NCBI GenBank assembly: GCA_963698395.1
Contig: CAVOQQ010000003.1
Coordinates: 713,267 to 777,266, forward strand
Length of the DNA: 64,000 nt
From: an uncultured Acidimicrobiales bacterium
Lineage (GTDB): Bacteria > Actinomycetota > Acidimicrobiia > Acidimicrobiales > SZUA-35
Direction of reading: 5' to 3'
Below the pieces are notes generated by a model. The model did not search any database and was not told where the DNA came from. It was given only the letters and a program-made list of their open reading frames with translations. Position 1 is the first letter of the stretch, and every line of letters begins with the position of its first letter. Position numbers and translations under genes: made by a program. Of this stretch, positions 19,186 through 28,485 are shown in pieces.

Positions 19186-20160
19186 ATGTCCGATAGCAAG
19201 ATCCACGACGTCCTCATCCTCGGAAGCGGACCGGCTGGCCTGACCGCTGCCATCTACACTGCTCGAGCCAGCCTCGAGCCGCTCGTGATCGAAGGCGAAC
19301 CCTCCTCGACCGGTGATCAGCCCGGCGGGCAGCTGATGCTCACCACCGAGGTCGAGAACTTCCCGGGCTTCCCCAACGGCATCATGGGACCCGAACTCAT
19401 GATCGGTTTTCGCGAGCAGGCCATCCGCTTCGGTGCCGACGTGCGAACCGAGAAGGCCACGCGGGTCGACTTCACCACCCGACCCTTCAAGGTTTGGGTC
19501 GGCGATCCCAACGCCGACGAACCCACCTATCTGGCGCAGTCGGTCATCGTTTCCACCGGCGCCACCGCTCTCATGCTCGACTTGCCGAACGAGCAGCGAC
19601 TCCTCGGGCACGGCGTCTCGACCTGCGCGACATGCGACGGATTCTTCTTCCGCGATCACGACATCGCCGTGGTCGGAGGCGGTGACTCCGCACTCGAGGA
19701 GGCCACCTTCCTCACCAAGTTCGCTCGCTCGGTCACCATCGTGGTTCGTCGAGATGAGCTGCGTGCCTCGAAGATCATGCAGGATCGCGCCCTCGCCAAC
19801 CCCAAGATCACCATGCTGTGGAACACCGTCATCACCGATGTGATCGGCGATCAATCGGTCGAGAAGCTCATCACCAAGAACACCCAGAGCGGCGACGTCG
19901 GCGAGTTGGCAGCAACCGGCCTCTTCGTTGCGATCGGCCATCGCCCCAACACGTCATTGTTCGAGGGTCAGTTGGCCCTCAAGGACAACGGCTACCTGAT
20001 CACCGACGCCCCGAGCACGCGCACCAGTGTCGAGGGCGTCTTCGCCTGCGGCGACGTCCAAGACGACACCTACCGTCAGGCCATCACGGCGGCCGGCTCG
20101 GGCTGTGCGGCCGCGATCGATGCCGAGCGTTGGCTCGAAGCCAATCACGCTTCGGAATAG
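19186..20160 (+). CDS. trxB: thioredoxin-disulfide reductase
   Basis: GSGPAG FAD motif, redox-active CATCDG and a second dinucleotide fold GGGDSA. Confidence 0.97.
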   Translation: MSDSKIHDVLILGSGPAGLTAAIYTARASLEPLVIEGEPSSTGDQPGGQLMLTTEVENFPGFPNGIMGPELMIGFREQAIRFGADVRTEKATRVDFTTRPFKVWVGDPNADEPTYLAQSVIVSTGATALMLDLPNEQRLLGHGVSTCATCDGFFFRDHDIAVVGGGDSALEEATFLTKFARSVTIVVRRDELRASKIMQDRALANPKITMLWNTVITDVIGDQSVEKLITKNTQSGDVGELAATGLFVAIGHRPNTSLFEGQLALKDNGYLITDAPSTRTSVEGVFACGDVQDDTYRQAITAAGSGCAAAIDAERWLEANHASE

Positions 20161-20258
20161 AACGACCCCAGGGGCGTGTTGTCCCTAGTTGTCCGCCGAT
20201 GCCTCGCGCACGGCCTCGTCTCGATGGAATTTCCCACCCCAGCCCGGAAGGCACCGAT

Positions 20259-20579
20259 ATGTCAGACAACATCACCAACCTCACCGAAGCCACCTTCGAT
20301 GAGGTCATCAATGCAGCCGCCGAGCCCGTCGTGGTCGACTTCTGGGCCGAATGGTGTGGTCCCTGCAAGATGATCGCACCGGTCCTCGAGGAGATCGCGG
20401 ACGAGCAAGGCGGCGCCGTGAAGATCACCAAGCTGAATGTCGACGAAAACCCGGCCATCGCCCAGCGGTACGGCGTCATGAGCATTCCGACCATGCTGGT
20501 CTTCCGCAACGGCGAGGTCGACCGCAAGGTGGTCGGAGCCAAGGGCAAGGCGCAACTGATCGAAGAATTCGGACTCTGA
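20259..20579 (+). CDS. trxA: thioredoxin
   Basis: Internal Met of ORF 19818..20579, with FWAEWCGPCK and 106 aa. Confidence 0.97.
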   Translation: MSDNITNLTEATFDEVINAAAEPVVVDFWAEWCGPCKMIAPVLEEIADEQGGAVKITKLNVDENPAIAQRYGVMSIPTMLVFRNGEVDRKVVGAKGKAQLIEEFGL

Positions 20580-20623
20580 TCCGCAGCGGCCACCGACCAG
20601 CCGCCTCGACGACGCCAACGGCA

Positions 20624-20653
20624 AAGGGCCAACCCCTGCAAGGGTTGGCCCTT
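20624..20653 (+). terminator. stem-loop downstream of trxA
   Basis: AAGGGCCAACCC-CTGCAA-GGGTTGGCCCTT, a perfect 12-bp stem with no U-tract. Confidence 0.6.
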
Positions 20654-20932
20654 GTCGCGTCACGAGCAACGACCATCGGGAATCGACGACAGCACCTGAG
20701 GCCGCTCGCCTCGAACGGCTCTTCAAACCGCGTTCGGATCAGACGTTCCCGGAAGCGATCCTCAACCGCAGACGATCGGAGTCGTTGCGATGACGCCGAG
20801 GCCACACTCCCCCCACTCCACGGCCATCTCATGCAAGCCACGAAGGCCCGGCAGCACGCCGACGATCGGCACCGACCATCCCAGTACTCGCACCCCGGCC
20901 CGGTCACTCCATCGCGACCCCGGCGGCCAACA

Positions 20933-20948
20933 TGTTCCACGGGAAACA
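20933..20948. promoter_or_regulatory. degenerate parS-like site (14/16)
   Basis: TGTTCCACGGGAAACA compared with consensus TGTTTCACGTGAAACA. It lies downstream of the parB 3' end. Confidence 0.35.
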
Positions 20949-21019
20949 TCGCTGACCGAACGAACACGCTGACCAGCCTACTCTCGATCGCTCATCGAGA
21001 GTAAGGGTTACGCACACCC

Positions 21020-21028
21020 TTGTCCACA
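21020..21028 (+). promoter_or_regulatory. DnaA box (TTGTCCACA) in the loop of an inverted repeat
   Basis: Exact match to the actinobacterial DnaA-box consensus, flanked by GGGTTAC(GC)ACAC...GTGTGTAACCC (21005..21043). Confidence 0.5.
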
Positions 21029-21089
21029 ACCTGTGTGTAACCCTGAACCTCAGAACTCTCGACCACAACGTCGTCGAGAACTTCTTTCG

Positions 21090-21992
21090 TCAATCGTCTT
21101 CGGGTGCCGGCCCGGCGCCCATGAGCACCTGATAGATCCGTTCGAGGTCTTCGAGATCGGCAAACTCGATGGTGACCTTGCCTTTCGACTTGCCCATGGC
21201 GACACCCACCCGGGTGTCGAGGCGCGAACCCAGCAGCTCCTCGAGCTCCAGGAGCGCCGCCGGTTTGGTTTGGCCAACCGACGGGCTCGGGGGCTCCGAC
21301 TTCTTCTCTTCGGGTTCATCGTCGTGGGACAGCGACTGGCGAACCAGTTCTTCGATCTGACGGACGTTGAGGCCGTCGCGGACACACCGACTAGCCATCT
21401 CTTGTTGGAAGGCGCGATCAGGACTGGCTAGCAGCGCCCGAGCATGACCGGCAGAGATTTCGCCGCTCGCCACCAGCTTCTGCACCGACGTCGGTAGCTG
21501 GAACAGTCGAAGCGTATTGGCGACGGCGGAACGACTCTTCCCCACCCGCTTCGACACCTCCTCCTGCGTAAGCGAGAAGTCATCAATCAACTGCTGGTAG
21601 GCAGCCGCCTCTTCCAAGGCGTTGAGATCCTCGCGATGCAGGTTCTCGACCAACGCATGCTCGAGCGAAGTCTTGTCATCGGCGTCACGTACGACCGCCG
21701 GCACAACTGCCAAACCCGCACGCCGAGCAGCACGCCAACGCCGCTCCCCCGCGATCAGCTCATAGCGATCAGTTCCGGACCGCCGTACCAGAATCGGTTG
21801 CAGTACCCCGAGCTCCCGAATCGACTCGGTCAGCGAGACCAACGCCTCCTCGTCGAAACGACTGCGCGGCTGGAACTCATTGGCTGCAATCGCCGAGATC
21901 GGTACTTCGATGAACATCTCATTTGTTTCCTTCACCTTCTCGGTGGGAATCAATGAGTCCAAGCCACGTCCAAGCCCACTACGTCGGTTCAC
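21090..21992 (-). CDS. parB: chromosome partitioning protein ParB
   Basis: GLGRGLDSLIP, the ParB box LQPILVR...YELIAGERRWRAA and an HTH (LTQEEVSKRVGKSRSAVANTLRL). The GTG start at 21992 overlaps the parA stop; the ORF track starts at 22034. Confidence 0.95.
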   Translation of the reverse strand: MNRRSGLGRGLDSLIPTEKVKETNEMFIEVPISAIAANEFQPRSRFDEEALVSLTESIRELGVLQPILVRRSGTDRYELIAGERRWRAARRAGLAVVPAVVRDADDKTSLEHALVENLHREDLNALEEAAAYQQLIDDFSLTQEEVSKRVGKSRSAVANTLRLFQLPTSVQKLVASGEISAGHARALLASPDRAFQQEMASRCVRDGLNVRQIEELVRQSLSHDDEPEEKKSEPPSPSVGQTKPAALLELEELLGSRLDTRVGVAMGKSKGKVTIEFADLEDLERIYQVLMGAGPAPEDD

Positions 21993-23628
21993 CGACAACC
22001 TCCATTGCCAGATCCCGGTACGCCAAGGCGCCACGAGATGTCGGATCGAACACCGTGATCGGCTGTCCGAAGCTCGGTGCCTCCGAAAGCCGAACCGTCC
22101 GCGGGATCACCGACCGGCAGACCTTCGAGCCGAAGTGTTCGCGAACTTCCGACGCCACCTGCGCCGCAAGGTTCGTGCGGGCGTCGTACATCACCAACAC
22201 GATCGCCGACAGCTCGAGCGACGCGTTGAGGTTCCGCTTCACCAGGTCGACATTTCGAAGCAGTTGTCCCAGACCCTCCAGCGCGTAGTACTCACACTGA
22301 ATCGGTACCAATACCTCGGTCGCCGCAGCAAAGGCATTCACCGTCAACAGACCTAGCGACGGCGGACAATCGATCAAAACCAGGTCGAAGTCATCGGCCA
22401 CCGAGTTGATGGCGTTCTTGAGCCGCATCTCACGGCTGAACGCCGGAACCAGCTCGATTTCTGCACCCGCCAGATCCAGGTTCGCCGGAGCAACGAAGAG
22501 ATTGCGGACGGCTGCCGCCTCGATCGCGTCATCGAGTGGAACATCATGGAGCAGCACGTCGTACATCGACGCATCGAGACTCCGAGGATTGATCCCCAAC
22601 CCAGTGCTGGCATTTCCCTGGGGGTCGAGATCGACGATGAGCACCCGATGTCCCAGTTCCGCAACCGCAGCGCCGAGATTGACGGTGGTCGTGGTCTTGC
22701 CCACGCCACCCTTTTGATTCGCCACCGCCATGATCCGAGGGCCAACCCGGTCGAGCGGTCGTGACGCCGGAGCAGGCGTTGCCGATGGATCGGGTCGACT
22801 CCCCCACCCGCGATCCACTCGGGCTGGATCACTCGCTGCCTCCGCCGAGGACGCTGCAGCCGACGATGGCGCTGCGGTTGGCGGCGCTGCGGAGCCGGCC
22901 GGACGGAAGGCCATCGAACCGCCAGGCGCCGGAGTTGCCACGCTCGCATCGTCCGCCTTGGGACGACGGTCTTGGGGCGGTGCTGGCTCGAGCGCTTCCT
23001 TCCAACTCGACAGCGATTCCCGAGTCGAGACCGGCGCGTGTCCGGTTCCGCCTTCACGCTCTGCGGGCAACGCCGGCGCCTCAGTCGACGGCGTCACGGA
23101 CGGCCCGGCAGCGTGTGCTGGCGAGTCCGGCCCCACATCGTACGCCGACGGGGAAGGGGCGGCGCCCAGCGATGGGGCCATGGGCTCCGGTGTGGTTGGG
23201 GTCTCTCCGCCGGTCGGCCTCGACGGCGACACTGGCGGACGGTCGATCGACACCGAGTGCGCCGACCGCGGATCACCGCCATCGACTGGCATGCCGGTTG
23301 ATGGCGGTGATGCCGGATCAGCGCCCGCGTTCACTTGGACACCGCCCACCTCCCCAGAAGGGAAGGCCGTCGGCGATGGCGAAGCGGCCGGTCCTGAGGA
23401 AAGGCCTTGGCTCGCTGGCGGCTGGTCCGATGGCTCGCCAGATGCAGCCGAGAATGCTTCGGTCGTGGCCGGTGACGATGGCTCGGTGAACGCCGGGCCC
23501 GTTGCCACACTGTCGTGACCCGCCGACTCGTCGCCCGAATCCGAGGTATCCGAGGGAGCACTCTCTGTCGACTCCTCGACCTGATCGGACCGCTCTTTCG
23601 TTCGTCTCCAGGGGATGAAATCAGACAC
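21979..23628 (-). CDS. parA: ParA/Soj partition ATPase with a ~290-aa low-complexity N-terminal extension
   Basis: Deviant Walker A AVANQKGGVGKTTT plus DLDPQGNAS. The frame stays open upstream through Pro/Ser/Ala-rich sequence to a GTG (23628) preceded by GGAGGAGG; a TTG at 23643 is also possible. Confidence 0.88.
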   Translation of the reverse strand: MSDFIPWRRTKERSDQVEESTESAPSDTSDSGDESAGHDSVATGPAFTEPSSPATTEAFSAASGEPSDQPPASQGLSSGPAASPSPTAFPSGEVGGVQVNAGADPASPPSTGMPVDGGDPRSAHSVSIDRPPVSPSRPTGGETPTTPEPMAPSLGAAPSPSAYDVGPDSPAHAAGPSVTPSTEAPALPAEREGGTGHAPVSTRESLSSWKEALEPAPPQDRRPKADDASVATPAPGGSMAFRPAGSAAPPTAAPSSAAASSAEAASDPARVDRGWGSRPDPSATPAPASRPLDRVGPRIMAVANQKGGVGKTTTTVNLGAAVAELGHRVLIVDLDPQGNASTGLGINPRSLDASMYDVLLHDVPLDDAIEAAAVRNLFVAPANLDLAGAEIELVPAFSREMRLKNAINSVADDFDLVLIDCPPSLGLLTVNAFAAATEVLVPIQCEYYALEGLGQLLRNVDLVKRNLNASLELSAIVLVMYDARTNLAAQVASEVREHFGSKVCRSVIPRTVRLSEAPSFGQPITVFDPTSRGALAYRDLAMEVVGEPT

Positions 23629-23680
23629 TGTTGCCTCCTCCAAGTAGCAGCCACCGCTCGGTCAGGGGGCGGTGCCCCCG

Positions 23681-23696
23681 TGTTTCACGTGAAACA
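23681..23696. promoter_or_regulatory. parS centromere site (perfect 16-bp palindrome)
   Basis: TGTTTCACGTGAAACA, about 50 nt upstream of the parA start. Confidence 0.9.
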
Positions 23697-24092
23697 ATGA
23701 CCGGCTGCCGAACCGGCCTTCACGCTAGCCGCAGGTGACCCTGCATGCGCCCGCAGTGAGCGAGGAAGGCAACCGTTTGCCAGCGCTCCGGCCCGCAACG
23801 GGAGTCCGGACCCGACTGCGACCTTCCGCGGCAGAATAGGGCGTCGCACGGCGTCGGGCCGGACGCGGCAGGTGCACTCGCTCGGCCGACCTCCTCGTAC
23901 GGCACACGCTCGCACATCACGTCCGTCCGCATCCGCAACGGTTCCGGCGATGGCCCGATGGCCCACGACCGCTGCAGCCTACGGACTACTCGGCTCTTCG
24001 ACCAAGGTCGGCGACCGACTTCGACGAGCTCGTCGCGTGCTCCATAGCAGGGCTCGTGATCGACCGGACCATCGATCAGGTCTTGGACTGCT

Positions 24093-24264
24093 GGGAGGCG
24101 AGGAGGATGGGAGGCGAGGAGGGTGCAGAGCGAGGTGGATGCAGAGCGAGCTCGGCAGAAGATGGGTCGTGACCGGTCGTGACCGACCGACCGAACGGAC
24201 CACACCAGGGGTGCATCAGCAGTGTGGGGGCTGTGCAGTGCGGGGGAGTCAGAACAGTGTGGGG
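24093..24264. repeat. cluster of short tandem duplications and a thrice-repeated G-rich motif in an ORF-poor region
   Basis: GGGAGGCGAGGAGG(A/G)T x2, GCAGAGCGAG x2, GGTCGTGACC x2, GACC x3 and CAGTG(T/C)GGGG x3 (24220, 24236, 24255). Confidence 0.7.
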
Positions 24265-25086
24265 TCCGCACAGCCAGCGCCCCGAGGGCGACACCGGAAC
24301 CGTCGGCTCGTCGTCATGACGGGCAGGGGAAACCGGAGTCCAACCCCATCCCCTCCACAGCCGCACGCGCCGCTGCAACCATCCTCTGACCTCTCCCAAC
24401 ACGTTCAGACGCGTCGGATGGCGTTGAAGCGGGTGCCTCCGAAAGGTCGGACACCCCGGCCGAGGGCAACACCGAAGAACGAGCCCCGTCGCCCCCGCTT
24501 GGTTTCGTCGTCTTCGCGTGTCGACCGAGGCGGCTCGAGTATGAGGGGGAGTCTATGAGTTTCTGCGAGGTGAACCCGGCGTCGGCCAGCACACCCACGA
24601 CGGCGCCGCCGGCGCAGGTGCGAGAGGCATCGTCCGATCATCTTCGCCCGCTCGCCGGCGGGACCGATGTGACGACCCCAAGGCAGATGACGGAACCGAC
24701 CGCGCCACTCACCGACTCGTGGCCTGGGGCCACCTCGGTGGGCACCTCGGCCGTGCACCTCTTTCTTCACCGAGCCAGGCGAAATCACCCGGTGAGCGGC
24801 GCTGGGGCGTGGATGACGGGTCCGGGAACCCCGATGGCGGCCAACAAGACCGGCTCGCCCCACAGGCTGAAGTCCCGGCCTCCGGCTCGAGGGGCGGCGG
24901 TGCCACCCGATGGTGGCACCGGGGTCGCCTCCCCCAAAGTCAGCGGCAGTCGAAACACGTCCGGTCGAGCGATGCAGGACGAACGACTCGTTCGGTTCGC
25001 TCTCCACCGCCCTGAGCACCTCGCCCGACGCGAGGGTGAAATTGATTGCCTGGGCGCCACGACCTCGAAGTCGCCCGGCCCAGCGC

Positions 25087-25680
25087 TCAGAACAGGGGGG
25101 ACCGTTGCTGCTGTTTGTGGGGGCGGGGAATATCGGCCGGAGCATCCCCGATCGCACGAAAGACGGCGACCTCCGAGGGCGCATCGACCTCTTCGAACGC
25201 CAGGCGCTCGAGCGCCGAGGACGGCCAGCGACGGCCACCAGGCGGTTCGCTGATGATCGACAGGCCACCGGGCAACAGGTAGGCCCGTGCATTCTCGAGG
25301 GTTGCTGCCGGAGGCCCGAACCCGCGTGAAACCATCACGTCGAACTGTTGCCGGTACGCCGGGTCATGAGCCAACACTTCGGCGCGACCGACTGCCACGG
25401 TGACTCGATCGGTCAGGTCGAGTTCGGTCAATGCCCAGGTGAGAAAGGCGCCGCGCTTCGTGGCTGCGTCGAGAAGTACCCCCGAAAGGGTCGGTCGGGC
25501 TTGCAGAATCGCCAAGCCGGGAACGCCGCCACCCGAGCCAAGATCGATCATGCGCTTCGCGTTCGGCGGAATGGCCGCGAGATAGCGATCGGCGTGTTCG
25601 ATATGGGCGCGAATCGGGCCCGGTCCGAGGAAACCCACGGACCGGGCCCGATCGAGCACGGCATCAAGTGTCGAGGTCAT
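25087..25680 (-). CDS. rsmG: 16S rRNA (guanine527-N7)-methyltransferase RsmG/GidB
   Basis: SAM motif MIDLGSGGGVPGL, 197 aa, in the conserved position between parA and jag. Confidence 0.93.
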   Translation of the reverse strand: MTSTLDAVLDRARSVGFLGPGPIRAHIEHADRYLAAIPPNAKRMIDLGSGGGVPGLAILQARPTLSGVLLDAATKRGAFLTWALTELDLTDRVTVAVGRAEVLAHDPAYRQQFDVMVSRGFGPPAATLENARAYLLPGGLSIISEPPGGRRWPSSALERLAFEEVDAPSEVAVFRAIGDAPADIPRPHKQQQRSPLF

Positions 25681-25715
25681 GGTGCAACGCCACCTTCGCC
25701 AGACGGCGAAGCGGT

Positions 25716-26645
25716 CTACTCTTCTTCGTCGGTCTTCTTGGCGTTGTCGGCGGGGCCGACCACCACGCGACGACGGGGTTCGGTGCCCGCCGACCGGGTG
25801 ACCGCGCCATCGATCTCGTTGATGGCATCATGCACAGTCTTGCGATCGGCCGCATTCATCGGCTCGAGAACGACCTCGACACCCTCGTCGATGGCACGCT
25901 CGGCTGCCGTCTTGGCGAAACCGATGAGCGCCTCTCGCCGAGCCTCGCGGTAGCCACCGACATCGACCTTGATGCGCATCGAGGAGGGGGCTCCTCGCTG
26001 GGCGGTCACTCGAGTCAATTCTTGGATGGCATCGAGCGTATGGGCCTTCGGCCCCAGCAGCAGTCCGTGCTTGCCCTCGATCGACGCCATCAGATGGTCG
26101 TCCTCGACGACGATCGTGACCGGCGCATCGATGCCGAAGGCTGCGGTCAGCCCGGTCAAGAAACTCTCGACGGTACTGGTGACTTCTTCCACTGAGCTGT
26201 CCTCCTGCTTGGGACGGTTGCTTCCGCCGCTCGATCGTTGTTGGCGTTTGCCGCCGTTGTCGCGCCCGCCTCGGCCACCACGGGTCGCCGGCTTGTCCTC
26301 GAGAACGACATCGTTGTCATTCGTCGCGGCTGGTTCGGTCGACTCCGCTGCCTTCGGCTCGCGCTTGGGCTTGGCTGCCTTGGGTTCGGGCTTGGGTTCG
26401 GACTTGGTCCCTGACGACTCGGCCTTCTTCGGCCGACGGCGACGCTTGGCGTCTTCCTTTGCGCGCGGCAGCTTCGGAGCAATGCGGGCACGAACACGAG
26501 CTTCGCCACGCACCCGGCCGAACAGGCCCTGACGAGGCTCCTCGAGGACCTCGAACTCGGCCTCGGTCTCATCGACGCCGAGCTTGTCGAGCGCCAGATC
26601 CTTGGCTTCCTCGAGTGACTTCGCTGCTGTTTCGATCCATTCCAC
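25716..26645 (-). CDS. jag: Jag/KhpB-type RNA-binding protein (Jag_N + KH + R3H)
   Basis: GTG start gives MEWIETAAKSLEEAKDLALDKLGV (Jag N-domain), a basic linker, KH-like IEGKHGLLLGPKAHTLDAIQ and R3H MNAADRKTVHDAI. Confidence 0.9.
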   Translation of the reverse strand: MEWIETAAKSLEEAKDLALDKLGVDETEAEFEVLEEPRQGLFGRVRGEARVRARIAPKLPRAKEDAKRRRRPKKAESSGTKSEPKPEPKAAKPKREPKAAESTEPAATNDNDVVLEDKPATRGGRGGRDNGGKRQQRSSGGSNRPKQEDSSVEEVTSTVESFLTGLTAAFGIDAPVTIVVEDDHLMASIEGKHGLLLGPKAHTLDAIQELTRVTAQRGAPSSMRIKVDVGGYREARREALIGFAKTAAERAIDEGVEVVLEPMNAADRKTVHDAINEIDGAVTRSAGTEPRRRVVVGPADNAKKTDEEE

Positions 26646-26650
26646 GATCG

Positions 26651-27787
26651 CTACCTCTTCCGGTTCTTCTTGTTTTTCGCACGCTGATCCTGCGGTTTCG
26701 TGCCCTTGGGCGTGATCCGATCGGATTTCGTGGCTGATGATTTCTTGATTTGGGCCTTCGCAGCACGACGCCGTTCCCATTCCTCGTTGCGTCTGCTCGC
26801 CTTCGAGGACGTGGTTCCGTTGGCGGCCGAGGCGTCATCGGTGTCCACAGCCTTGGCTGCGGTCTTGTCGTTGCTGGTCGTCTTGGTCGACGACGTGGTG
26901 TCATCGGCGGTACGAGCGGCCGGCTTCTTCGGGGGAGCGGCGAGCTTGCCCCCGTCGACCATCTCCTTGCCGTAGATCTGGTGGGTGATGTAGGACTGCT
27001 GTCCGATACGGAACACATTCGAGGTCGCCCAGTAGAGGACCAGACCGGCGGGGAAGAAGAACGACCAGATGCCCGACATCAACGGGAGGAACTTGAGCAA
27101 CATCTGCTGTTGCTGGTTCATGGGGGAGGGGTCACCGTCCTTGCGACGGGCGGACACCTGTTTTTGCTGGTAAAAGCTGGTGCCAACGACGAAGACGATC
27201 AAGACGATGTAGGGGAGACCCTTCACGAAGTTGTTCTGGATGACATCGCCCGCCTGCGCGGCCAGATCGAGCGGTCCGAAACCCATCTCGGTCGACCTGC
27301 TGAGGTCGCTGAACATCTTGGTGCTGTGATCGATGTGTGCGGGGCTGATGGTCTCACCTAGATCGGGGGCCAGCCCTTGAGCGGCTCGAACATCGTTCAT
27401 CACCGAGAAGAACGGTGCATCGGCGGTGTGCCGGGTGATGCCACTCAGCACCCGGAACAGGATCAGGAAGACCGGCAACTGAGCGAACATGGGCACGCAA
27501 CCGCCAACGGGATTGATGCCGTTCTCCTGATAGAGCGCCATCATCTCGGCGTTCATCGTCTCTCGGTCGCCCTTGTGCTCCTTTTGGAGTCGACGCAGCT
27601 CGGGCTGTACGGCCTGCATCTTGATCGTGCTGCGAGTCGCCTTGAGCGTCAGCGGCATCAAGACGACCATCACACCACCGGTGAGCATGATGATGGCGAG
27701 TCCATAATTGCCGCCGACAACCGGCAACGAATAGAGACCTGCGAGTAGTCCTGCGACAAAGTCGATCAGGTTGTTGAAGATCGCCAT
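26651..27787 (-). CDS. yidC: membrane protein insertase YidC
   Basis: Multi-TM protein with MQAVQPELRRLQKEHKGDRETMNAEMMALYQENGINPVGGCVPMFAQLPVF and a basic C-terminal tail. Confidence 0.95.
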   Translation of the reverse strand: MAIFNNLIDFVAGLLAGLYSLPVVGGNYGLAIIMLTGGVMVVLMPLTLKATRSTIKMQAVQPELRRLQKEHKGDRETMNAEMMALYQENGINPVGGCVPMFAQLPVFLILFRVLSGITRHTADAPFFSVMNDVRAAQGLAPDLGETISPAHIDHSTKMFSDLSRSTEMGFGPLDLAAQAGDVIQNNFVKGLPYIVLIVFVVGTSFYQQKQVSARRKDGDPSPMNQQQQMLLKFLPLMSGIWSFFFPAGLVLYWATSNVFRIGQQSYITHQIYGKEMVDGGKLAAPPKKPAARTADDTTSSTKTTSNDKTAAKAVDTDDASAANGTTSSKASRRNEEWERRRAAKAQIKKSSATKSDRITPKGTKPQDQRAKNKKNRKR

Positions 27788-28009
27788 TTACCTCTCCGGA
27801 TCGGGAACCGGGTCATAACCGTGGGAGCCAAACGGATGGCATCGAGCCAGTCGTTTGATCGCCAGCCAGGAGCCGGCGACGGAGCCATGGAGTTCGATGG
27901 CTTCGGCTGCATACTGCGAACACGTGGGGACGTATCGGCAACGAGCTCGGCGGACCGATGACGTTGCCTGGTACATCGAAATCAACCAGAGGAGCAATCG
28001 CTTCACCAC
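27788..28009 (-). CDS. yidD: membrane protein insertion efficiency factor YidD
   Basis: CRYVPTCSQYAAEAIELHG...RCHPF. Confidence 0.93.
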   Translation of the reverse strand: MVKRLLLWLISMYQATSSVRRARCRYVPTCSQYAAEAIELHGSVAGSWLAIKRLARCHPFGSHGYDPVPDPER

Positions 28010-28021
28010 CGGTCGGGCACC

Positions 28022-28354
28022 TCAGACGCTCGCCGGGGCGAGTTGAGCAAGACAACGTTCGAGCGACGCAGTCAACCGTGTGTACTCGGTGTCGAGCACG
28101 GCGCGAGAGCAGCTGACTTGGTAGGCGCCGGCCGGGAGTTCCTGGATTGCCGCCACGTCGTTGAAGGCCGCTCGCAACCGACGACGGGCGCGATTGCGCT
28201 CGACCGCGGTTCCGAACTTCTTCCCGATCGCAAAGGCAAGGCGGGCATCGGGCTCGACCGCGGCAAAGATCACACTCACTGGGCCCGAACGGACCCGTCG
28301 CCCATCACGCCGGAGTGCGGCGAATGAGGAGTGTCGTGTCACCGACGGAATCAC
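28022..28354 (-). CDS. rnpA: ribonuclease P protein component
   Basis: GTG start overlapping the rpmH stop (GTGA). Contains [17 protein letters not shown], 110 aa. The upstream part of ORF 28022..28633 is an out-of-frame read through rpmH. Confidence 0.88.
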   Translation of the reverse strand: MIPSVTRHSSFAALRRDGRRVRSGPVSVIFAAVEPDARLAFAIGKKFGTAVERNRARRRLRAAFNDVAAIQELPAGAYQVSCSRAVLDTEYTRLTASLERCLAQLAPASV

Positions 28355-28485
28355 GCACTCAGCTTGCGGCGTCCCTTTGCCCGACGAGCTCGAAGGACAG
28401 CGCGGCCGCCACGGGTGGACATCCGAGCACGGAAGCCGTGCTTGCGAGCTCGCTTGGTGTTGTTGGGCTGGAAGGTGCGCTTCAC
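28351..28485 (-). CDS. rpmH: 50S ribosomal protein L34
   Basis: My own translation: (GTG)[44 protein letters not shown], with AAGGAGA upstream. Too short for the ORF track. Confidence 0.95.
   Translation of the reverse strand: MKRTFQPNNTKRARKHGFRARMSTRGGRAVLRARRAKGRRKLSA

Noticed and set aside
24220-24274. Possible 6C-type sRNA (C-rich loops on the minus strand)
   Set aside because: There are runs of only 4-5 C, the stem arrangement does not obviously give two C-rich hairpin loops, and the genomic context differs from known 6C loci. It is left as an unexplained repeat motif.
24555-25253. Plus-strand ORF containing RPLAGGTDV, reminiscent of the FAD-binding subunit of molybdopterin dehydrogenases (LLAGGTDL)
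   Set aside because: The flanking sequence is Thr/Pro/Ser/Arg-rich and does not continue like a CoxM/XdhB fold. The 3' third overlaps rsmG antisense. A single short motif is not enough. The region is kept as part of the ORF-poor finding instead.
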